A DNA stretch of 62,939 bases, counting the filler, from Octopus bimaculoides (lineage: Eukaryota), in assembly GCF_001194135.2 (NCBI RefSeq). It is 5 parts of 5 records of this genome, joined end to end, with 100 filler letters (N's around TTAATTAATTAA, not from the genome) between each part and the next. Parts side by side here need not be neighbours in the genome. Positions count along the whole stretch, not along the records: positions 27,193 to 43,470 come from NC_068985.1; 4 more parts are not named here. The stretch is one strand, 5' to 3'. Below, in pieces: positions 29,801-41,800 of the stretch. The translations under genes were made by a program, and so were the position numbers. Positions within the stretch are counted from its first letter, which is position 1, and the number at the start of each line of letters is the position of its first letter. The notes under the pieces were generated by a model. That model searched no databases. It was not told the DNA's origin and was given only the letters and a program-made list of their open reading frames with translations.

Positions 29801-31894
29801 NNNNNNNNNNNNNNNNNNNNNNNNNNNNNNNNNNNNNNNNNNNNNNNNNNNNNNNNNNNNNNNNNNNNNNNNNNNNNNNNNNNNNNNNNNNNNNNNNNNN
29901 NNNNNNNNNNNNNNNNNNNNNNNNNNNNNNNNNNNNNNNNNNNNNNNNNNNNNNNNNNNNNNNNNNNNNNNNNNNNNNNNNNNNNNNNNNNNNNNNNNNN
30001 NNNNNNNNNNNNNNNNNNNNNNNNNNNNNNNNNNNNNNNNNNNNNNNNNNNNNNNNNNNNNNNNNNNNNNNNNNNNNNNNNNNNNNNNNNNNNNNNNNNN
30101 NNNNNNNNNNNNNNNNNNNNNNNNNNNNNNNNNNNAGGCGTCCGCATTCTCTTTGCTTGCTCCCAATCGCTTCCTTCTCACTGCTGCTGCTGCCGCTGCC
30201 GCCACGACTCGCTTGGCCTGCTTCTTCTTTCTCGTTCGCCTAGGCCGCCGTGTAACACACACACAAACTGAGCATGATGCTTTCTCAAAACAAACTTGAG
30301 CTTGTTCAACATACACTTTTACTAAAGAACCCTATTCTGCCAAGTCTTTCTGGACATGAACTGCTCTCCCTGCATCACATACAACTGATAATAAACTTCA
30401 CTGCTCAGTAATTACCCTCATCAACTTGATGGCGTTGACATTAATTATGCCTTGAACTCAGCCAACCTGATGATGTCCCACTGAGAATGTTTCTTTCTTT
30501 TGACCAAGACCAAATCCCCAACAGTGACCTCCAGCTCTTTTCTGACCTTGAACATGAATGACCAAACCACATTCAAAAAGCCAGTGATCTCCAAGTTACT
30601 GTTGCTAGTAGCTAGAGCCATAAACACAATGTGCCTTTTCATTTGACACAAACCATATAACATTGTCTTCATTTATGGATCACTGAAGTTAAGTTCACAA
30701 ATACCTGATACACAGTGGGTGTGTATTGATAATGCTGTGTCTATGTTTCAAAACATTGAGTCAAACAGAAGAAATCTTGTTTCATTAAATGAAAGAGTTT
30801 GATTTAAATCTATTTCAAATGATATTTTTTTTTTACTAACAGTGTTTCATTTCTCTGACAGTAATTTTTATATTTTTAATTAAATAATCATACTGCACAG
30901 AAGAACCAGCATGGCTGTGTGCAAAAAGGTGACTGAGATGCTTTCATTGCATTCATCCTCTGCCTTCCCCTTCTTCCAGCCTCTCTTTCTTTGAAACCTT
31001 CTCCTCGTGGTTTCTTCACCATCTTAACACCTTCTCAGCACCCTCTGTACTCTGCCTCTACAACTCTTGCATTCTTTGTCACAGACTGTCTTTCTCCACG
31101 ATTCCACCCTCTCTTCAACACCCTCTTTGTCTCTATATTTTGCACCATTTCTTCACCTCCACCCACTGATATTCACCCATTTTATGAGGGATTGCATAAG
31201 ATATCCTTCTCATAACACTCATACATACATCTCTCTCTCTCTCTCTGCCACTATTCTTTCTCTTTCATTACTCCCCAGTCATTACTGTCTCTTCTGTTAC
31301 CCCCTTCTCTACCATGTTCTGCCAACAGTAGTTAATCTGCTTTTCTCCTCATATTTCATCTCCTTTTAACACCTGAATTTCTTCCTCTTGACCAAGAACA
31401 ATAAATCCCCAACAGTGACTTCCAGCTCTTTCTTGACCTTGAACATGAATGACCAAGCTACATTCATGAAGCTGATGATCTCCAAATTACTGCTGCTAAT
31501 AGCTAGAGCCATAAACACAATGTGCCTTATGCTTGGTCATCTTTCCTTTATAGCCCACTAGCACCAGCCACTCAGTAAAGTGGCTGGCGACAGGAAGGTC
31601 ATCCAGCAATAGAAACTAAGCCAAAACTAAGATGAACGAACGCGCAGCCATATAAGAACTCGGACCGTAGCGAACCATTCAGCCTGTTAATTGTTAAAGG
31701 GAGACAATTCCTCTTTAAAGGGAAACAATCAGCCTGCAAGGTAAGTATGAGACAGATAGAGAGATGGGTGGCATTGGCTGACATGTTTGTTGTTGTTGTT
31801 GAGTTGATTATTTTATAAAGTTACTTCTGTATCTGAAAGTGTTGTTTATCGTTTAACACTATTTAACACTGGTAGCGCTGTGTATAACATTAGG

Positions 31895-32075
31895 TAGGTG
31901 TAGACGTGGCTTTATGATAAGAAGTCTACTTCCCAACCACATGATTCCGAGTTCAATCCCACAGTGTGGTAACTTGGGCAATTGATTTCTACTATAATCT
32001 TTGGCTGACCAAAGTCTTGTGAGTAGATTTGGTAGACAGAAACTAAAAGAAGCCCGTTGTATATGTATTTGTGTG
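31895..32075 (+). mobile_element. tRNA-derived SINE (third family)
   Basis: GGTGTAGACGTGGC...TTCCCAACCACATG...GAGTTCAATCCCAC...CTTGGGCAA...TTCTACTATA; other copies at 13812, 19085, 22190, 45608, 54040, 62626. Confidence 0.7.
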
Positions 32076-32109
32076 TGTACCTTGATATCACATGATAAAG
32101 GGTAAAGGG

Positions 32110-32385
32110 TAAAAGTGTAATCGTCTCTCTTGCACACCACAACTTTTCTCTCAAGATACTTACACTCTATCGGGTGTGCACACTGACATTACTCCTCCAT
32201 CGGAGCATACTGGCTTCATTCCTTGCGAGCTTCCGCATGTCCTCAGCAGTCACGGCCCATATTTCACTGACATGTAGCATGATTGTTTGTACACATGCGT
32301 TATACAGTCTGCCTTTTACTCTGAGTGAGAGGCCCTTTGTCGCCAGCAGAGGTAAGAGCTCTCTGAACTTTGCCCAGGCTATTCT
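32110..32385 (-). mobile_element. RTE LINE ORF2 C-terminal fragment (inverted copy)
   Basis: WAKFRELLPLLATKGLSLRVKGRLYNACVQTIMLHVSEIWAVTAEDMRKLARNEASMLRW. Confidence 0.85.
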
Positions 32386-33296
32386 TATGTGTACAAACAG
32401 CCATGCTACATGGCAGTGAAACATGGGCTGTGACTGCTGAGGACATGCATAAGCTCGCAAGAAACGAAGCCAGTATGCTCCGATGGATGTGTAATGTCAG
32501 TGTGCATACTCAACAGAGTGTAAGTACCTTGAGAGAAAAGTTGGACCTAACAAGCATCAGTTGTGGTGTGCAAGAGAGACGACTGCGCTGGTATGGACAT
32601 GTAGCAAGAATGGATGAGGATAGCTGTGTGAAAAAGTGCCACACCCTAGCAGTTGAGAGAACCTGTGGAAGAGGTAGACCCAGGAAGACCTGGGATGAGG
32701 TGGTGAAGCATGACCTTCAAACTTTAGGTCTCACTGAGGCAATGACTAGTGACCGGGACCTTTGGAATATGCAGAACGTGAGAAGACCCGGCAAGCGAAG
32801 TGAGAGCATAAGCTGTGACCTCTGCCAGAAGTGTGGCCAGCTCACTTATTTGTATCTTTACTTCATTGGACACTAAACTCTGCTTGCAAAGACCTGTTGA
32901 GGCAAGTGAATTTGAAATCTGAAATCGAAATCGAACCGAATCCAGCGATNNNNNNNNNNNNNNNNNNNNNNNNNNNNNNNNNNNNNCGTTAGAAAATCAT
33001 TCGAGCAAGGTCGTTGCCAGTGCTGCTGGACTGGCTCCCGTGCAGGTGGCACGTAAAAAAACACCTTTTTGAGCGAGGCCCTTGCCAGTACCGTGTAACT
33101 GGCCCTCGTGCCGGTGGCACGTAAAAGCACCCACTACACTCTCGGAGTGGTTGGCATTAGGAAGGGCATCCAGCTGTAGAAACTCTGCCAGATCAGATTG
33201 GAGCCTGGTGCAGCCTTCTGGTTTGCTAGTCTTCAGTCAAATCATCCAACCCATGCGAGCATGGAAAGCGGACGTTAAACGATGATGATGATGATG
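32386..33296 (+). mobile_element. 5'-truncated RTE LINE: ORF2 C-terminus plus 3'UTR and (GAT)n tail
   Basis: MLHGSETWAVT...ERRLRWYGHVARM...RGRPRKTWDEVVKHD, then the abundant 3'UTR repeat. Confidence 0.9.
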
Positions 33297-36200
33297 GTAA
33301 ACGTTTAAAACTTTCTTTTGTTTTCAGATTGTCTTAGCATATTTAATACCATACACATCCTTCTTTTTACTCTGATATAACGCCACTTACTGTTATAAAT
33401 AACTTGTAGAACCTCATTTGGCCCTGCCTGGATTTGAAACCAAATCTACCTGCTTGTTGCTTGCAAAGACAGCAGGAAATTTCTTGGTCCTGTCAAGAGA
33501 TAACAGTGATTGATGTGTTTCCACTTGATCCATGACGTGTGTCATGGAGAGTTCAAACGGACAGCAAGTGATGTACATTAGTATAAGCTATGCATATAAT
33601 GATATATCCATCTTTCTAGCTGGAATGTAATTATTATAAATGCCAGCGCTTCATAAGTGAAAAATCAGAGAGAATCTTGACTACCACACTGAATGATTCT
33701 TGACCATGGCAACAAGGCAGACAACTATAGCATCCATAACTGGCTTTTCTTCCAGAAAGCACAGAAGTAGGAGAAAAGTAAAATTAACTGAGGTGAATGT
33801 CAACAGAGAAATATAGATTTCCATAAAGTGGAAAAAATAAATGGAAGGAAAAAAGTTGGAAAACATTTTGGTGTGAACACAAATAGCTGTTACATGTTAG
33901 CAGGGCATGCTAGAAATAGCAGCCAAATCTTTCCTTTTCTGGAAAAAGGAGCCGTTAACATGTGATTTCGATGTCACGTTCATTGAAAGCATGCAAAATA
34001 ACATTTAAAAGAAAAAATGACCAGCAAAACAAAACTCCCTTGGTGGGGACTTCAAGGTCCCACCTTTCTTTTCTGGAAAAAAGTGGCTTGCAGTGGGTTT
34101 GGAGGCCAGCATAATAAAAACTTAAAAGCACATCATAGTAAATACAAAACACCTATAATACTGATTCTTGTGAAGAAATGATATAGTTAACTGAACTGAT
34201 TCCAGTAAATTATCAAAAATATTATATTAATCCCAGAAAGATGAAAAGCAAAGATGGCATTGTCTACATTTTAATACAAAACCATATTAACATTTACACT
34301 AAATCAAACAACCAACAATATGAAGAATAATGATCAGTAATTACCTCAAGAGGGGATTTATTTTCAAAGATATGTTTAGCATTCTCTTTGATTTCATCAA
34401 CGGAAAGGCTGAATATAAAATAAAACATAAAACTTCAATGAAGTTAGTACACTTTAAAATAAATCATAAAACTTCAAAGTTAGCACACCCTTAATTAAGT
34501 CAGTAAAAATAAATAAAATGATGATGATAAAAGAAACAGCTTTTAAGAAACAGACACAGGTGATTTTTTTTTTAGACAATAAGAAAAAAACTGTTAAAGC
34601 TCAAACACTTATATCGTGTTATAAACACCTACATATACAAGAAATATAAGTTTAATCATCTTAATAGTAAAATAGAAATCATATGATGATTCCTGTATAC
34701 TTAATGATTTCAACATATGCACATAAATCCATCTGCTAGAATGAATACTGAAACAAGATGTGCCAAACATTAAGTTAACTTGAACATTGTTTTATAAAGT
34801 AAATACCATATCATTAAAGGAGAGACAGAAGAAAAGTACTAAACAATCAGCAGAAATCCACAATTTATAGCCTGTCACCAGTTGTGAAGGTGCGTGGCTT
34901 AGTGGTTATTTTGTGTCCTGAGCAAAACACTTTATTTTCACATTGCTCCAGTTAACTCAGCTGGCAAAAATGAATTGTACTTGTAATTCAAAGGCCCAGC
35001 TTTGTCACACTCTATGTCACTGAATCTCCCTGAGAACTATGTTAGGGGTATGTGTGTCTGTGGAGGGCTCAGCCATTTGCACATTAATTTCAGGAGCAAG
35101 CTATTCCAGTGGAACACTTGTCATTATAACTGACAGAATCATAGTTAACCAGTACTACATTATAACTATTTAACTCTCAAATGGTTCAGTTCACTTATCT
35201 GTATATGGGTAAGAGAAGTACTATAAAATAGACAAATATCTCAATTGCAAGACTGAGTTCATTCCACCTATGAGTATAGCTTCAAGAAGTGCATACATGT
35301 CATAGATATAATACATTAAAATTAAATTTTCGCGAACACCCTAACAAACCAATGAGTTTGGCCAGACAGAAAACCACATACACATAATCCTATTTTAGCA
35401 AGGGTTCACACAGTTAGTTTACTTTTTATTTGCATGCAATCTACTATGGTTTGGTACCTTTCCTAATTCTTTATAATTTAGCTATGAGGCCAGCAATTTT
35501 TGAGGGGAGAGGGTTAGTTGATTACATCGGTCCTAGTACTCGACTGGTACTTTATTTCATTGACTCTGGAGGAATCAAATGGTGACTGTGACCTCGGCAA
35601 ACTTTGAATTCAAGATGTAAAGAAACAGAACAAATACCAGAAGGCATTTTTTCCAACACTAACAATTTTGCTAGTCCACCAACCTTTCTTAATATTACTC
35701 AACCATAAAGAGGGTTATCTTTTTTCAACTAAATTAACCGAACCAAATATAGTAATATACTTTGATAACAATGTAATGATCTCTCATGGAATTGTTATGT
35801 ATGTATATACTTCAAGTCAGTTATCTAGCACCACAATACTCCATATATGAGTTTATGCAGCTGTGTACAAAAGTGCTGAACATTAATCAGAATTTGGACA
35901 GAAAGCTAGATTAAACATGTTTGACTGTTACATGAAAAATCAAACGCTGTATGACAGTGAAATTTCAGTAGGAGAGCTTATACATAATGGTAGAGAAATT
36001 TCCATCAAAAACTCTCAGCAATCTCTAAAATTAGAACTACAAATCCTAAATCTGGTATAAATCAAAGAAAAGTATCTCCAAAATAAAATGAAAATAATCA
36101 TAGGTAGAACAATGAACACTGAACCTCAGCTCACACTGACAAGCCAGACATTTTTTGGCATACCCAGAGTAGTGAATATGTGGGTTGTTCCTAATCATTC

Positions 36201-36350
36201 AATTAGTTATATCCTGACTGAAGCTACTCAACAATAATAACTGGAAGGTTACTGACTACAATAATAGTCTACAAACCAAACTCTAAATCTCCTTATCATT
36301 GGTCAACTCAGATAGGGTTGAGGAGTCATTCAATAACAACTTTTATTGTA

Positions 36351-37647
36351 CAAGGGTGGGCTGAAAAGTCCATAGGTTGACTATGGACTGATGCTACAGC
36401 TGTGCAATCTTGCATGTATTAATTTCAACTATCATTATTAATAACTGCATTGGTTCTTTCCAGCTAAACTGACATCTGACCGTTCAAAGAAAACTTCAAA
36501 AGTAACTAGTAGTGACTTCTCTTGAAAATGAACAAAATTTGGCATCATGGTTTTATCAAGTGCCTGCAGAAAAAGGGCTTAGCCTCCAAAGACATTCATG
36601 CTGATATGCTTGGTACGTTAAGGGATGACACTCCAGCTTTTTCAACAGTGCAAAAGTGGGCAGCTGAATTTAGGAGGGGAAAGGAGAGTCTTGAAATTGA
36701 CCCAATGTCTGGACATCCCACAACTACCACCACTAAGACAAACATTGTGTTCACCACATGGTGATGGATGACAGGTAACTGACTATAAATCAAATGGCCA
36801 ATGATATTAGCATATCCCTTGAGGGAGTTGAGAATATTCTGCACAATGAACTTGACATGATGAAGGTTTCTGCTCGATTGGTACCACATCTGAGACCTAG
36901 TCAAAAGCACACTAGGCTGATCACATCACGGGAAATCTGACATTATTTGAGGCTGATCCAACTGGTTTCCTTAAATGTTGTCTAACCCAAGATGAGTGCT
37001 GGCTTCATCACTTTCACCCAGAGACAGAGACAATCCATGCAGTGGAAACATGCCTCCTCACCTGCTCCAAATAATGCTAAGGTTGTTCATCTGCAGGGAA
37101 GGTGATGGCCTCAGTTTTTTGAGGATGCAAAAGGCATTGTGCTTATTGACTATCTTCAAAAGGGTCACACCATCAACAGAAAGTACAATGCCAACTTGCC
37201 AAAGCAGTTACAAAAGGTTATCAAGACCAAATGCCCAGGAAAACTGATGAAAGGGGTCCTGTTTCATCGGGAGTGGAGCATTTATCAGGACAATGCTCCA
37301 GCACACAAGTCCTTGCTTTCAATGGCTGTTATACGTGACTATATCTTTGAACTGATTGATTCTCCTCCCTGTTCTCCTGATTTGACATCATCTAACTATC
37401 ATGCTCCCCAACATGAAAAAATATTTGATAGGGAACTAGTATTGCAGTGATGATGACATCATATCTGCTGTTCATGACTTTTTTACCAACAGGATGAAAG
37501 CTTCTTCACCAATGGGATCCAAGCACTGCAACACCAATGGAAGAAGTGTGTGGACCATGAGGGGGATTATGTTGAAAAATAAACCTCATTTGGTCACATT
37601 CCATGAGAGTATCTTGGTCAGCCTATGAACTTTTCAGCTGTCCCTCA
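36351..37647 (+). mobile_element. Full-length (1297 bp) degenerate mariner element, transposase pseudogene
   Basis: TA flanks; TIR CAAGGGTGGGCTGAAAAGTCCATAGGTTGAC / GTCAGCCTATGAACTTTTCAGCTGTCCCTCA; remnants TVQKWAAEFRRGKESLE, DECWLH, QDNAPAH, SPPCSPDL with frameshifts. Confidence 0.92.
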
Positions 37648-37769
37648 TATAATGTATCTTGCACTTTCAGCAGAGGAAGGTAAAATAAAAATTTACTAAA
37701 AATAGAATAACAACTCATCAAAGTTTCACCATTGATATTACCAGTGGCAAATAAAAAAAAAAACCCATC

Positions 37770-38253
37770 TGAATGTGACCGATGCCAGTACCTCCTGACT
37801 GGCTCCTGTGCAAGTGGCACGTAAAAAGCACTATCCAAACATGATTGACGCCAGGACCGCCTCCTGTGCTGGTGGCATGTAAAAAGCACCATCCGAACGT
37901 GGCTGATGCCAGTAACCCTTGACTGGCTCTTGTGCTAGTGGCATGTAAAAAGCACCATCTGAACATAGCTGATGCCAGTACCCACTGACTGGCCCCTGTG
38001 CCAGTAGCATGTAAAAAGCACTATCCGAATGTGATCGATGCCAGGCCCACCTGGCTGGCTCTCATGCCAGTGGCACGTAAGAAGCACCCACTACAATCTC
38101 AGAGTGGTTGGCATTAGGAAGAGCATCCAGCTGTAGAAACATTGCCAGATTAGATTGGAGCCTGGTGCAGCCGCTGGCTCTCCAGACCTCAGTCAAACTG
38201 TCCAACCCATGCCAGCATGGAAAACGGATGTTAAACGATGATGATGATGATGA
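37770..38253 (+). mobile_element. RTE 3'UTR copy with an expanded internal ~55-60 bp tandem array
   Basis: About five diverged GCCAG...CTGGC..CTGTGC..GTGGCA.GTAAAAAGCAC units, then the standard tail. Confidence 0.8.
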
Positions 38254-39375
38254 TTGCTTCAAAGAATGCAATGACAGAAATATATCTTTCTCAGTACCTT
38301 ACAATCACAAATGGATCCAAACTTGCAGAAAAAACATAGTATGAAACAAAATACAGCAGTATTACCCTTCCAACTTTGCTTCTATGAGGTGTTTGATCAA
38401 ATTGTTGTTTTATACAAAAAGACTTTCACTTACCTTTTTAAAGCCTTTGACAAACATTTGCGATCATTTATGGTCCAAATTGAATGGTCAAAATTTTGCT
38501 GGACCTGTCGAATAACTCTTTTGGATTCAGGTTTCATCTTAGAGATTAAACTGAAATATGGAAATCATATAGATATTAAGAAATTGCACAAATATCCAAC
38601 TAAGTTACTGTTATATTTAGAATGAAATGTGAAAATAATCAACAGTTAAAGAAGAATAGAAGAATGGTTAAAATGATCACAATGCAGAAGGAGGAAATAT
38701 AGCTTTCTTCAGTTTTCTTTGTACAACAATACTTCAAATAAGTAAAAATATCTTATTCTTTTCAGTACTTATGCAATTTATTTCTTTAAATTTTCCGTGT
38801 ACTTTAATCTTTTTATTATAAAATGTTTAAAGTACTCATCCCACATTCAATGAAATATATATCCATTTTATTAAATTCATTTTTTTGTGTTATTTAAAAG
38901 GACTGGAACTTATATCAATCCAAGTGTAATATACAACTTGTTAGGATCGTCTTCAGTCTGAAGGATAGACAGAAGATTAATGTGAAGTTTGAATTATTAA
39001 TATATTACAGAAATACAAAAATAGAAATTCTTTAGAGTACCAACCTTCAGAATGAAGGAACTCATAAAATTTGATGTGTGACATAGAAAAGTAGAATGTG
39101 TGCTGTGATAAACATATAAAAAAATTTTTATTTTTTATTTAAAAAAATCTATTCTGTAATTTAGTTATTCATATTTGCATCTATAGTTGCATAGTATCAG
39201 TTCCAAAGACAGCAAAATATACATTCATATAAAATTAGAAGTCCATTTTATACAAAAAAAAAAACCTTAATACTTTAGAAATTTAGAAGTGAAACAAAGG
39301 AAGAATGAATTAATTTCTAACTTCCATGGCATTGGAGACCATGCAACCAGACAAATACCTACCATAAGCATCTAC

Positions 39376-39550
39376 CATACTCTAAACATCTTACTTCCCT
39401 GGGCATGAACACATTAAAGCTCCAACATCTGGCTTAGTAGACATCCACAAGATTATCCACTATCTTTCCAACAACAACCTTGGGCACCTTTTTGAATTTC
39501 ATATATCTAACACTCATGGACATGCTTACAAAATCATAAAAAGTAGCACT
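39376..39550 (+). mobile_element. CR1-like LINE 3' fragment
   Basis: PYSKHL...VDIHKIIH...LFEFHISNTHGHAYKI, resembling the CR1 ORF2 C-terminus. Confidence 0.6.
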
Positions 39551-39559
39551 AAGTGCATG

Positions 39560-39900
39560 AAGATGTGTGTTGTGTTGGCACTCCGTCGCTTACAATGTCA
39601 AGGGTTCCAGTTGATCCGATCAACGGAACAGCCTGCTCGTGAAATTAACGTGCAAGTGGCTGAGCACTCCACAGACACGTGTACCCCTAACGTAGTTCTC
39701 GGGGATATTCAGCATGACACAGTGTGACAAGGCTGACCCTTTGAATTACAGGCACAACAGAAACAGGAAGTAAGAGTGAGAGAAAGTTGTGGTGAAAGAG
39801 TACAGCAGGGTTCGCNNNNNNNNNNTGGGAATCGAAACCGCGATCCTATGACCGCGAGTCCACTGCCCTAACCACTGGGCCATTGTACCTCCAGTGTTAA
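39560..39900 (-). mobile_element. tRNA-derived SINE with conserved body
   Basis: GATCAACGGAACAGCCTGCTCGTGAAATTAACGTGCAAGTGGCTGAGCACTCCACAGACACGTGTACC; diverged + copy at ~34885-35130. Confidence 0.75.
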
Positions 39901-39989
39901 AAAAAAAAGTAGGAAGTGAGGAACATCAGGTGTACTGTTGGCGAACTTCAGGAAGCATGCAAGTTTTGAAAGATATAGTGTTCCAAAGC

Positions 39990-40235
39990 TAACAACTGAT
40001 GATAGTACTTTATTGCATGCCTTAGCAATTCTGAGTATGAGATAATGTTTCCAAAAGTCATGGGTGGTGTGTTGTTTTTTGATTTTGTAAATATGTCCAC
40101 AAATGTTAGACATATGGAATTCAAAAAGATGCCCAAAATTGTTGTCAAAAAGATGGTGGATAATCTTGTAGATGTCTACCAAGCCAGATGTTGGAGCTTT
40201 AAGATGTTCAGAGTATGGTAGAAGCCTGATAGCAG
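39990..40235 (-). mobile_element. CR1-like LINE 3' fragment (inverted relative to 39376-39550)
   Basis: PYSEHL...LVDIYKIIHHLFDNNFGHLFEFHMSNICGHIYKIKKQHTTHDFWKHYLILRIAKACN. Confidence 0.65.
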
Positions 40236-40619
40236 GTATGCTGGTCAACATGTGCAACAGCAGATCTATTACTCTCTCTACTTGCCTAAACTCTCTTACT
40301 ACCACTCTCTCTCTTTCTCTCTTGTAGTCCCTCACTGATGAAGCGAACTACCATACACAATGGATCATGGAACTAAAGACAATTTGTTTCCTGCAACAAC
40401 AAACATTGTGTACACAAACAACTCGAAGAAGTTGTATCTTCTATATTGTAATGACCATCATCATAATAATATAAATAAAATGGCCATCTTAACAATCAAT
40501 TAATATTGTTCTTCTTCACTCATTTCTATGATGCATATTATCGTTAAATACCATCGTTACATATATATTGTGTGTGTGTGACTAAATAAAGACAGGAGAA
40601 AGAAAAGCAAGAGTTTGGC

Positions 40620-41800
40620 ACGAAAGACAGTTCTGAACTCAAACTGACACTCCTATGCAACTACAACTAATTTAAAACTTTCAATCTCTCTTTTCTTGGT
40701 TCATGTTTTACCCCAAGGAATCCTTGGACAGGGATTTTTTTTTTCTTATGCTTACACAAGCTCTTCTTCAGACTTTGAAGCCTTAACAGTTGCAGAAGTT
40801 GCAGGTGCATGTATTGCACGGGCAGCAGCATTGTAGGCAGCCTGCTTGGACAGTCTGTAGGACATCTGGTCTTGAGTTTCATTATTCTGATATCTTTTGG
40901 CTTTGGCAGCAGCGCTGGACAGTCTACCAATGCGAACTCTCTTTTTCCTAGGTGGCATTGCAGGGTTATCTGCAAAGTGAGGGGGGGGGGGTAATTTGAA
41001 TGCTTGAATCATGTCTGTGGTACTATTGTTTGCTGAGTGGATTCAGAAAATTGTCACATAGGCCTTAGGAAGGGTTGAGACATTTGAGCCTTGGGCAATC
41101 TAGCTAAAAAATTTTTTTTAGGCATTTAAAAAATAGAAGTTGATTTAAATTCCATGGCTACCTCAAGGAAGTGCTAACATGCAAATATCGGCAGTTTCCA
41201 CTAAGTGGGCATTGTAAAAACTGTATAACTATCACAACCTGGTAGGAAAAGCAGAGAAAATATATATTATGGATTAATTTCTGAAGGCTTTTAAAAAAAT
41301 AATTAAAAGTTGATTTAAATTCCATGGCTATCTCAAGGAAGTGCTAATGTGCAAATATCAGCAGTTTGCAGTGAATGGACATTGTAAAAACTGTGGGAGA
41401 CGAAGTGAAAGTAGCATAACTACGTCATCAAGAGTAATGTCCCTTGAAGCAACGATCGTTGGTATTTGTTATTTACCTATGAGAAAGCGTTTTCGTCCCC
41501 AAGAGGGCAACATTACTCATTGTGAAAAATTTTGAAGAGTCTATGACCATCCCTGGAACATAAGTGATGTATGTTCCCAGTGTGAACGAAATCGGATGAA
41601 AAATATTGATTTTAAGGGGGATCAAGAAAAAGGCCTGTATACACACACACCTTCCGTTTTATGATAGATAGATAGATAGATAGATAATTCCAGGTTTCAT
41701 TTGTATCTCCTTGCAAAACCTGGTAAAGATTCGTTAAGAAACGGCCATGTTATTTCAAACTAAACGACCATGGATATTTATAGATGTAGATGATTACTGA
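40620..41800 (-). mobile_element. Helitron 5' region with degenerate Rep/Hel N-terminus
   Basis: MPPRKKRVRIGRLSSAAAKAKRYQNNETQDQMSYRLSKQAAY resembles basic Helitron N-termini; ~87-bp direct repeat at 41138 and 41309. Boundaries approximate. Confidence 0.5.

Noticed and set aside
37770-38070. CRISPR-like repeat array
   Set aside because: Degenerate tandem units without unique spacers, inside a LINE 3'UTR; no cas genes; eukaryotic context.
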